The translations under genes were made by a program, and so were the position numbers. A stretch of DNA of 63,951 nt, filler included, from Licmophora abbreviata (lineage: Eukaryota), in NCBI GenBank assembly GCA_900291995.1. It is 10 parts of 10 records of this genome, joined end to end, with 100 filler letters (N's around TTAATTAATTAA, not from the genome) between each part and the next. Parts side by side here need not be neighbours in the genome. Positions count along the whole stretch, not along the records: positions 46,566 to 60,214 come from OLMU01003370.1; 9 more parts are not named here. The stretch is one strand, 5' to 3'. Under the pieces are notes generated by a model. That model was not told the origin of the DNA. It saw nothing but the letters and a program-made list of their open reading frames with translations, and ran no database searches. Within the stretch, counting starts at the first letter, position 1, and every line of letters begins with the position of its first letter. Of this stretch, positions 46,754 to 57,200 are shown one piece after another.

Positions 46754-48199
46754 TCATACACAGCCTTTTTCGTACGGGGTCTTGAAGTCGCGCTGATGTA
46801 GCCAGGCGTTCGCTCCATACTTGAGACCCTTCTCCACTGGAAGTGCCTGGTGGTCTGTCCGAGGATCCTTCATGTTTGGATCCTCGTCCAATACACTCGG
46901 CCAAATGACTGCTCTGCCCTTTTTCGGTTGGATGGTCAGATTGAGTTTCGGGAAATTAGTGCCCCCTCCATCCTCTACGTCGTTTAGATAGAGAAACACC
47001 GTCAATATACGCACTCCAGATGAACGCTTGCGATTGTGTACAATGTAGTCGTGATGAATCTGTGGGGGGTATCGACAAGTGTTAGAAGTGTGACGAAAAC
47101 TCTCTGTCTCAACATGGTGCGTCACAATCACGCACCCGGTAGAACTGAGTCTCCTCGTAGCGCAACAGCTGGAGAAATTCTCCATGTGAGTCGGGTACTC
47201 CCGTCACATTCTCAATGCGTGCGAGTACGTTCTGTGTCACCTCATCATGGTAGCATTCGTCGACGCACCACGCATTAGTCGATGTGCGACCGGCGTTTTC
47301 GTCCGCTTCGAACGTTCCGTCAAACTTTGGCTTCCCCACGTCCTTGGAAAGTTCTATCCTTGATCAGCCCCCAGCTTGATGAGCTGATCGCACTCTTCCG
47401 TTGTTATGAACTTCTCTAAGGTAATTATCCATGGACCGTCCTTGACGCCCGCCTCTATCGAATTCGGTCGCGAATGCACCATGGGCTCGTATTGTGCAAA
47501 GTAGGGGTCCGTCAGGATTCGTTCAAACATGCGATTCACGTCACCTGGATTGAATATGGTAGGAGCATCCGCGTCAAATGGGCACCGTGTATCAAAGTCA
47601 ATCTGATCACACGTCTGACAGGACGGAGCACATTGAAGCAACATGTATTTCGGATTCTTCTCACACTCCCCCAATGCCGCCCAAAATGAACACTGCGCGT
47701 GTCTGTTTTTGCATTCACGACGAACCATCTCGTAGGCCGGATCGACCAGGACGGTGCCCGTCATGTATTCCAAAGTCCTATCAACGACAGCTTGGACTTT
47801 GGCGGCATCATCCCCCGATATCTCTTGCGCGATGCCCCATTGATTTTTCGTCATTTCACTGGGCCTCTTTTTCGGATTGAGGTTGGCGAGGGCCTGATCA
47901 ATCAGTTCCTGAACATTCGCGACACATCCGCCACAGCTCCTCCTACAGTTGGTGAACATGAATGTAGGGTTCGTTTGGCACTCGCCCTGGGCTGCCCAGC
48001 TGTCGCACAAGTCACGTTCGTCGAAGCAGTCGGCAATTTCCTCATTCAGACATTCGCCATCGTCGCCCATGACACAGGTCCGACTACGCTTCGGACCTGC
48101 AGCAAAACATGATGGAGCGATACCAAGCGCCAGTACTACAAGTACTCGTCCCAAGGCTGCCAGGGGGTGGAGGCGACGAAATGAAGCTGAAGAAGTCAT
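46754..48199 (-). CDS. ShKT-prolyl 4-hydroxylase copy B; 1-nt frameshift/stop at ~47355; intron 47060-47135
   Basis: Signal peptide, two ShKT domains and full catalytic motifs; GGA TAG AAC where the paralogs read G-Y-x-x-S. Confidence 0.85.
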
Positions 48200-48434
48200 G
48201 GCAACAGTGCACTGCGGTCTCGTGGCTCATCTCACCATCGTGATGTGCTTTTGTCATGGCAATTTTCAATTTTAGTCGAGAGGGGCTGCCCGCTCGACGG
48301 ATTCGAAACCGCGCGCCGGCCGTGTTTTGAGTCCCGTCTGCGTAGAATAGACATCCGGCTCGTGACTCAACAGCAACGCGGATAATGTGTGCCAGAGGAG
48401 GAGCGATGCTTGTGAGTGCATTCTTTTCGACACA

Positions 48435-49670
48435 ATGACCATGATGAAGTCTCCGCCAACGTCCCGGCATGTCCAGCGACTTTGGAAAGCAGTTCAACTG
48501 GTGTTCTTCGTTTGTGTAATCTTAAGTTTAGCAAAGGGGGAAGTTCAAGAACAAAGTTGCGCGGCAAAGGATCGGACTTGCGCTACGGAGGACAAGCCTC
48601 GAGGTCTTGAACGAGAAGCGGAAGAGTATGGCATTCAACAAGTCTATCCTTCGCAAGGGGAGGAAGGGGAAGCAGTGAAGCGCGTCTTAACTGAGATGGA
48701 GACGTATATGACTGAGGATTTCACGACAGATCCGAAGCTGGCTAACATTGAATGCCGAAATAAACATCAGAGCTGTGTCTACTGGAGTAGCCTTGGAGAA
48801 TGTGAGGCGAACCCGAAATACATGAAACTGGAGTGCGCCCCGGCCTGTCGAAGCTGTGAAATGCTAAGCTACGAAGGTCGATGTCCGTTTGAGAAGGATC
48901 TACCGGGAATCTGGGACGAACCGGGATCTGTTGATCGGTTCTTTGAGCGCCTTTTGGCCGACCCCTATGTTTCACAGTTTGAACCCATTGTCCACTCACG
49001 ACCAGACGCAGAAAACCACTCCCCGTCTCAAAATTATGCCAACGGTGCTCCTCTTGAGGGTCCCTGGGTCGTTACGCTCAGTAACGTCTTGTCCGAGGAG
49101 GAATGCGATCAATTGATTCGACTGGGTCGCGAAAGAGGCTATGAGCGATCAACGGGACTAGGGGGTCTCAAAGCCGACGGTACTTACTCGAACGATAAAA
49201 CCGAAATCCGTACCTCAAGTAATACGTGGTGCATCGAAGATTGTTACAAGGATGCCATCAGTCAGCAGGTCGTGGAGAGATTGCACAATATTACCTTGAT
49301 ACCCGAAGTCAACTCTGAATATTTGCAGTTGCTGGACTATGAAGAGGGACAGTTCTACAAAACTCATCATGACTTTTTGGAACATCACCGGGAACGGCCC
49401 ATGGGAGTCCGTATCTTGACGTTATTCTTGTATCTAAACACAGTCGAAGAAGGCGGGGGCACGGAATTTCCATATCTTGGCATCACAGTTGAGCCAAAGA
49501 GGGGCATGGCACTTCTATGGCCGAATGTGCTTGACAAAGACCCGTACGGAAAGGACTTTCGCACTGACCACCAAGCGCTTCCCGTGATTAAGGGACAAAA
49601 GTTTGGAGCAAACGCGTGGTATCATCAACGTGACTTCAAGACGCCCTACGCCGACAATTGTTCTGATTAG
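48435..49670 (+). CDS. ShKT-prolyl 4-hydroxylase copy C, intronless
   Basis: Signal/TM segment, one ShKT, PWVVTLSNVL, RTSSNTW, HHDF, RILTLFLYL, HQALPV, KFGANAW. Confidence 0.92.
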   Translation: MTMMKSPPTSRHVQRLWKAVQLVFFVCVILSLAKGEVQEQSCAAKDRTCATEDKPRGLEREAEEYGIQQVYPSQGEEGEAVKRVLTEMETYMTEDFTTDPKLANIECRNKHQSCVYWSSLGECEANPKYMKLECAPACRSCEMLSYEGRCPFEKDLPGIWDEPGSVDRFFERLLADPYVSQFEPIVHSRPDAENHSPSQNYANGAPLEGPWVVTLSNVLSEEECDQLIRLGRERGYERSTGLGGLKADGTYSNDKTEIRTSSNTWCIEDCYKDAISQQVVERLHNITLIPEVNSEYLQLLDYEEGQFYKTHHDFLEHHRERPMGVRILTLFLYLNTVEEGGGTEFPYLGITVEPKRGMALLWPNVLDKDPYGKDFRTDHQALPVIKGQKFGANAWYHQRDFKTPYADNCSD

Positions 49671-49730
49671 GTTATCACTATTCTAAAGGGTGTTGGACGG
49701 ACTGCGAAGTCTCATCCTGCCCACGTAGGC

Positions 49731-51258
49731 TCACTGTGGAGGCGCAACCATTGCAAACGGACAAAAGGATCGGGTGTCTTTCGCATCCCCTCCCACTCGT
49801 TTAGCCTCGATTCCTTGGTGCTTGCCAAGCTCTTCGGCCACTCGCTTCGGGTGACTCTCCTCCCAAAATGCATGAAATCGGCGCATGACAGTCAAATGTT
49901 TCTGAGATATCCACCTTCGCAGCGGACGACACATCATAGCTGCTAGCGTCCATATCCGGACGAGCGACAGAAGATATATTGATTTCCACCAAATGCGGAT
50001 TCTCATCCATTGGTTGGTGTGGAGTGGCAGTTGTAGTGCGTCTGCCAACGGATCGCCAATGAATCGTCGACAATTCAGCGCACGCAGGTAAAACCAATAT
50101 TCATCCTGCTCATCTTCATCGACTAACTCATCTCTAGACAGCTTCTCTCTATCCCGAGCATTCGGTCTTCCGATTCGTAATAGATGGTGAGACACCGACA
50201 CAGACAGTTTGTCTGGATGGAGCAAGTGAAAAATAATCGACTGAAGCATGGCTCTGGAATGTCCAATTGAGTCGCCGCTGGCGCTACTTTCTGTTGCATG
50301 CCATCCAGGCCCGCAAGGATCGAGCGAACGCACTGGCAGGGCACCGTGAGTGCAGTTCTGTTCCATGTCACTTACAGTATGAACACCCAAAAGCCACCCA
50401 ATATACCGCCAAAGGGCAATGTAATCCAACTGCTCTTGTCGCGGCAGTCCCATGCCTGCTATGAACTCAAGACCGCATATTGCGTTGGTGCTAAAGGCAA
50501 GCAACGTTGCCGCCATGTCTTCTTGATTGATGGGAACGCCGTATGTTTCGGTGTCCCACTTTCGAGTGCCCGTCTTTCGTTTCAATAACGCCCGTCGCAC
50601 CTTGGCGTGCAATACTCTTACGTATAGCGCGGCACGCCACCCTGGATTGTCAGGTAACAGTGATTCATACTCTTCCGTCATGCATGCTGACAACAAGGCC
50701 CCAGTATCCAACAATCGCGTCCGTACTCTTTTGGGTGTGCCGATCAAATATCCGGTGCTCAATATCTGCAGCAATCTTGGGAATGCTGAAGCCTGCCACA
50801 AGCGAACGATAGTAGAGGCTGATTCCAATGCCAGCCGAGTATGTTAAGAAAACTTCCTGTCCACGTCGAATCTGATCAAGGTCAACCCATGATGGTAGCT
50901 TTCGATAATAGTCCACAAAGGCCCTCAAATCCTGTCGAAGTTTCGGCGAGAGATGGTTACTGGAAGGCGTTTCCGCAAGTTCCAAGAAATCGTCGCCGGG
51001 TTGTAGTGGACGTCCCTCTTGTTCGAGTCTGTCCAAGAGAGAATCTAATGCCGGATCTCCGATTTGTCGATATGGCTCAAGCTGTTCCGTCGATAGATTA
51101 TATCCCTCCTTAGACTTGCTGTCCTCAGTGTATGGACGCCAAAGCACTTCTTGACCAAACCACGTACGCAAAGTCGCGCCTTCTGGCCAGTCTTCCCTGG
51201 GGGCAATTTTCGTCGACGGCAAGTGAAGCGAGTCGAAACGGAAGATGGAAAAGAGCAT
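49731..51258 (-). CDS. ER-bound oxygenase MpaB / rubber oxygenase (Lcp) family; frameshift at ~50766
   Basis: GDPALD, LPSWVDLDQIRRGQEVF, SLVAGFSIPKIAA | STGYL, RLLDT, VRVLHAKVR, YGVPINQEDMAATLLAFS, LWRYIGWLLGV. Confidence 0.85.
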
Positions 51259-51551
51259 GGTCAAAAGACCTATATTGCTTGAAGTAAACTACTGTTCGTT
51301 ATAGGGAAGGTGGCTGCAATGGGTCACCACAGATGCAGCGACTAGACTCAGTGGTGGCATCATCATCAAAGCCGCATCGCTCGCTGTGTTGAATTCTCTC
51401 GCACAAAGTTTGGAACACAGTCAGCCAGTCCCGGTTGACAAGTATGAATGGCGTCATGTGTGACTGAAACTCAGAAGTACCTTTTTTCACAGAACGGCGG
51501 CGACGATGACGCGATGACCATGCCCTGTTTGCGTTCGCTGCCATCATTACC

Positions 51552-52609
51552 ATGCCGGGGATAAGATCCATCGTTCCAATCCTCCCCTGGGCTGTGATTG
51601 TTGTCCAGTGGGCTATATTCACCGTCATTCTCTTTCATTTCATCATAGAGGGGATGAAAAGTACTCAGTGACAAGAATACCCAATACACATATGCTTTCG
51701 CAGCAGCAGCAGCATCTCACTGACGACAGCGGAAAACCTGATCCACATGCTTCTTCATTTTCCACTGCATGGACAGGCGTTTCTGTTACGCTGGCCTTGC
51801 GTGCTCCCAAGTGGTTCCATCGACGGTACACTGCCATGTTACACAACGTTTTGGCGAATACCCCCGACACGTGGGCCGTCCAAGTAGTTGTACATCCCGA
51901 CTGGTGGCGAAAAGAAATCTTGTATCATCACCGAGGCATGCAGCAGTTAGTCGAAACGAATCCTCGTGTCATCATTACGCCCGCTCCAGAGAAATTCTAC
52001 AAGTCCAAGCCGAAGCATATCCTCATGAGTGAGTGGTTCTGGTCCAGCATCATTGCCGACCGAGTTTTGCTCTTCTCCGGCAATGGTGTGCTGTGTGCAA
52101 ACAGTGGGGCGCAGTGGGACGCATTTGACAAGACGGACTATGTGGGAGCACCGTGGAGTCGATATAAGGGTATAGGAGGAGATGGATCGACGCACAGTCT
52201 ACGGAATCGAACAATGATGCTGGAAGCCGTGCAGGAATACAGCACGAGTGACTTGAACATGGCAGAGCCACAACTTGTTGTCAAAACAGTGATGAAACTC
52301 AATGAAGAGCGCGGACGGAACTTTCGACTTGCTTTACCGAATGAAACAATGTTGTTTGGGGGCGCTCGGACTATTCTAATGGACAACAATACTATTGACG
52401 AACACGTCGGGCCGCCTCGTGTGGTATCGGGGACTCAACCGAGTCTTCCGTGGGATGCAAGAGATGTCTTGCTGCAGCTTTGTCCTGAGTGGAAGCTCAT
52501 ATTTCCGTCATTGCATGAGCCCAGCTGCTTTGGGGCGTCACCAAAAGCCGAAGCCTGTGCAGCCTCAGTATGTGCCTTGCAACCCAATCGGCCCAAACGT
52601 GGCTGCTAG
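51552..52609 (+). CDS. DUF5672-like (putative glycosyltransferase-associated) type II protein; frameshift at ~51633
   Basis: FWSSI.ADRVLLF, DYVGAPW and GDGSTHSLRNR (GNGGxSLR-like); signal anchor MPGIRSIVPILPWAVIVVQWAIFTVILF lies in a different frame. Confidence 0.7.
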
Positions 52610-52980
52610 AGAGCTCATGGAGACGACGCGTCTGTCTCCTGCACCGTCACACTTTTCGAAAAGGTTCATCTTGGAGAAAAATGTTCGACACATGCCAGCA
52701 GGTCTTCGTAAGTCTGCCGGAGACGTGCTAAAGCCCGAGTGATCGTGTGAGATATTGCGAAAAAGCTTCAAGTCGAAAGTTGCAAAGAAGTGTTCGACGG
52801 ACAGACGGGAGGGAAATTGCGCGCCAAACTTTGGATTGTTCTTTTGCGTTCTCGGTCCGTCACGTTATGAAAGTGGTGAAAGTGTGAAGCTGTCATCGAC
52901 GCATCACAGTCTGCGTCTTCTGACATGTTGAATATTAGCGCTTGTACCTTACTATCCCACCATCCACCGCTGTCATTATT

Positions 52981-53487
52981 ATGAGTCTGACAAAGCTGAA
53001 TGTGTCTGCGAATACATTGAAGAGATTCCTCAATTTCTATCCTCCATTGATCGGTGCCGGAATCAAAGTCAAGGAGATTCAGAGTGACTTTCGCTACGCA
53101 CGGGTCTCCATGCCGTTGACCTTTTACAATCGAAACTATGTCAATACTCAGTTCGGAGGGAGTCTGTATGCCATGACGGATCCCTTTTATATGCTGCTCT
53201 TGTTGAATGTCTTGGGGCGTGAGTTTATCGTGTGGGACAAGGCGGGAGCGATTGAGTATATGAAGCCGGGGAGGGGTACCGTGTCGGCGGAGTTTGTGAT
53301 TGAAGATGAGTTGATCGATAGTATTCGAAAAATGAAGCCCAATGAAGTAAAGATAGTTGATCTTCCAGTGGATGTCAAGAACGACGATGGAGAGGTTGTG
53401 GCACACGTGGTAAAGACAGAGTACATCAAGCGGAAAGGAGAGAAGGACGAAGGAGGTGGAAGTGACAGACTAGTCAGTCAGCTGTAG
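52981..53487 (+). CDS. Hot-dog fold thioesterase, DUF4442 type (bacterial-like)
   Basis: NFYPPLIGAGIKV, NRNYVNTQFGGSLYAMTDPFYM, VWDKAGAIEYMKPGRGTV. Confidence 0.88.
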   Translation: MSLTKLNVSANTLKRFLNFYPPLIGAGIKVKEIQSDFRYARVSMPLTFYNRNYVNTQFGGSLYAMTDPFYMLLLLNVLGREFIVWDKAGAIEYMKPGRGTVSAEFVIEDELIDSIRKMKPNEVKIVDLPVDVKNDDGEVVAHVVKTEYIKRKGEKDEGGGSDRLVSQL

Positions 53488-53515
53488 CTACTACCTAGAA
53501 GAGATGTGCGTTCGT

Positions 53516-54819
53516 CTATGTTTGTGGCGTAAAAAGCGTCTGCCGTGAGCACGTTTTGCCCGAGTAGAGTGGTCTGGAAGTACGGAGTCCCCCTGTGGCA
53601 CCGAACGAATACTCCGAACTGAGAACTACCAGATCCGATTCCCCAATCAAATACCAGTCTATGAACGCCTCGGCAAATTCCGCTGTGGATGGGTTTCCCT
53701 TTGGTCGAGTGTGTCGTCCTGTCGAACCAGTGGTGATTACTTGACGAGATATCGCGGGTTGGGATATGGATGAGGTAGTCGAGGATGAATTCGTCACATC
53801 CTGGACACTGTAGGTCTCCTTTACCCATTCCTTGATACTGGGCGAATCTGATACGAGCATCCATACGACTCGTTCTACTGGGGCGTCTTGAGATCTTGAT
53901 TCCAGCTGAAGCTTCCTGGACAAGTACTGTTGCTCCAGCTGTACTGCACAGTCTAGCGACGACTGGACAAGGGCTTTGTACTCATGGATGGGTTCTCCGT
54001 AAGCATCAGCTGCCCCACCTTCCATTTCTTCCTTGGCCACAACATCGGTCCGTCCAGTCCGAAAGTACAATGTGAATGACAGAGCATTCTCGTTCCGGAG
54101 CGTTGGCAGTATACTTGAAAAGATATCTGGCTGGAACGAAGCGACATTCGGAGACAAACAAAACAGGCTCCCCAATGCACAGGCCATGCCGCGATCCAGC
54201 TGAAAGCCCGGGAGCAGCCTTTGCAGCGCCTTCAAGTCATACTGTTCTGGTCCGCTTTGCTGCACAGATTTGGCATAAGCTAGACGTAGGGTGGTGGCGT
54301 AACAATGGCATCCATACCAAGACGAGAGGCTAACATAGTCAGATCTGTCTCATGTCGAAAACAAGTCGACCGTTCACACACAAAGTCCGAAGGAATCGTC
54401 CAATTTGGTCCACAGGGCATCAGTACTTGTGAAAGGTCTACACCATCGGCATACTGAAAGACCAAACCACAATCTGTCTCCCGAGACATCATGTAGGCAC
54501 GTGCGAGACCCGAAATCCAGTCCGTCATGCCCTCCTCTGTACTGGAGGGAAGCACTCGGAATGTACAGTTCTTTGGGGCTACCGCTAGTTCGTGCTGCTG
54601 TGATGTCCAAGGACACAAGCGATGAAAGTCCGGGGTCCCGTAGTTTGGAAAGAAACGAGATTTTGTCGCTGTGGGCTTGCTCATCAAGCTCTTGTTCGTC
54701 ATCGGCGGGGGCGGTGGTCTATTCAAGGCTATCAGTCCTAAACCGAGAAGGAGTATACAGGTTGACGCGACAAGGCGAGCGCCTTTTCGCTTCTTGTTCT
54801 GCTGCGTTGCCGACTTCAT
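53516..54819 (-). CDS. Fucosyltransferase-like (GT23/GT11-type) type II protein; frameshift at ~54285
   Basis: TM ILLLGLGLIAL; EGMTDWISG, YFRTG, MLVSDS, AFIDWYLIGESDLVV, SFGATG; the two ORFs join with one added base. Confidence 0.7.
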
Positions 54820-55342
54820 AATGAAGTAACGGGAAAAGTGATGATGGCGGTCGTTGCCGACGAAATAAAGTCATCAAACGAGTTTCTCGTTGTCCTTCTT
54901 CTTCTGGATACTGACTGATGAATTTCTAAGGAAACAAGACGATGAGCCGGGTTGTCATGGCCAATGCTTGAATGTGTGGCTTCTTGGACACATCAATACC
55001 ATCATCACACATCCGCTGCCGTCCTGATCGCGACTCTTGTCACACAAACATCGTCACACGCATGGTCGGCGCCATCACCACGGCGGGGGTCATTTTGTGC
55101 GGGTCATCTCATGGCGGTCGGACGGAAAACAGACGCCATCCCGTATCTAAATCGCGCGCCTTTGGCCCAATGGGGCGCGGCATGGTCGAGACTGACTCGA
55201 CTCACTCGACTCCAAACCCTGGCTCGTCGCGACACATGGCACCATGATGGTATTAGATTCTGCCGTCGTCGTCTGCGTCGCTGCTGAAACGCACAGCTCG
55301 TCCCTCGCTTCTTGCCGTGAGATTTGTTAAAGAAAGAGCAGC

Positions 55343-56653
55343 ATGAGCGATTATGAGTCGTCGTCGCAGCTGAAATTTTGGCTCTTTACGCCGAAACTCT
55401 TGGGGCAGTGCCGAGCACGAGCCAACCGACAGGGACGAGATCATGTGCTGCAGCAGACTAGCGCAACGGATCCCGAGGGTAGTGCTGCTGATTCGTCCAA
55501 CATCAGTAGGCGTCCGACGTACTCCTTTGCACGAGGGTATGCGAAACGAGTAGCAGCGGGTGGGGAAGAGAGCTCTGAAGACATGGCCACTGGCGACGAC
55601 GACACACAGACGACTTTGTCGGGCCACCCCTTTGTCACACCCGCGGAAGAAGCCTTGCTTGTGGACTTTTATGCTAGTAAGTTGCCTTCCTTACTAGGAC
55701 CCATGGCTCAGGTATCAAGGCTACGACGAGATGTCAAAGTACCCTCGACGGCAGCCTTGCTCTTTCGACGATTCTTCCTATCCAACTCGGTGATGCTACA
55801 TGATCCGAAATCCGTCATGCTCGCAGCGGCCTTTTTGGCCTCCAAAATAGAAGACGCCACGACGGATGTAAGTGTATCCTTCGTTGTATCGGTGGCGTAG
55901 AGTCACGGCGGAACCTGTGCAAATGGATGCTCATCGCTAGACTCCTTTTCTTCTACACTGTAGATTCGTTATCTGGAAGAGGGCACACGACTGATGAATG
56001 CACCCGTCACGGCTGCCGAAGTACTTCCCGCCGAACTATCCATGATCGAAGGTATTCATTTCGATCTTCAATGTTTTCATCCCTACAAGGCTGTTACTGC
56101 CTTTACGGAAGACTTGCGCATGTACTTGAAGTCTGAAAAGGGCCGAAGGTTGGTAGTCCATCATCATGGTGATCAGATCATTTCCGGGCAGGATCTCAAG
56201 CCCATGCACGATCGGGCGAGATCGTTGGTGGATGACGTTGTCGTCAGCGATGTGCCCTTGTTGTACAGTCCAGGACAGATTGGGTTGGCGGCTCTGATGG
56301 TCGCCAATGAAGAACTGTTGCAGCAACAAAAACAAGAGCAGCAGCAGCCGTCTCCAACAGTTCCCAAGATTGATCTGCTAGGATATGTGCACCAACGTTT
56401 CGATGGGGAAGGAGATGAGTTTATGAAACAAACCATGGACGATCTGTGTGTTGCGCTGAAGGCGCTCAAGGAAGGTCAATTTGGATGTGCAGCGCGTCAT
56501 GTGGACATGCAGAAACTCAAGGCCGTACACAAGAAGCTTAAGAAGTGTCGCATGTGGGGACAGTCGACTAGCAAGAAGAGCAAGAAGCGTAAGATTGACT
56601 CCGAGGACGGCCCAGATAATAAAAAGACGCGTACGACTTTGAAAACGACATGA
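55343..56653 (+). CDS. CCNH: Cyclin H (CAK/TFIIH); intron 55868-55963
   Basis: YESSSQLKFWLF, TAALLFRRFFLSNSVMLHDPK, FLASKIE, FDLQCFHPYK, LLYSPGQIGLAAL. Confidence 0.92.
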
Positions 56654-57200
56654 TTGAAAGACCTACTGTGGTTCGCTTTCGCCGATGAACGCGTGTGAAA
56701 TTTGTCGATGGAGTCGAGATTCCCGAGATTTTTTCTCTGCACCTTGGCGCATCACTTGCATCCTCGGAGGCGTCGTCTTCTCGCGCAACCAAAGTCTGTG
56801 AGCGAACTTGTGCGCCCTGCGACTCCTGCTTACCGTGTGACAACACAAACGGTCTGGCTGTTGTCTTGAGAATCTCACGGTGAAATGATCGCATCCATTG
56901 CGGAACGAAACAGAGGATAACAAAACCTACTAGTTTTAGTCATCTGGTTGGAGCTTTTCACAACCTTTTACTGACCTAGGCTTCGCCAAGTTCAGTGCCA
57001 TTGTCTGGCCCATCAACGATCTGATTCGAACTCGTTGACATCGCTATCTATCATACACTATACACTCCACTTCGTCCGTCGGCTCATTGAACGCGCCGCG
57101 CGCGATGTCCGCGACGATGTCGACGCGCGCGGTCGGCGACGAAGGTCGTCATGTCGGCGGCGAGACGAGGAATGAGTCTATACACTCTCTGTGCTTGACC

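Noticed and set aside
56660..57080. Short ORFs between cyclin H and p52
   Set aside because: No motif, good start context or splice support
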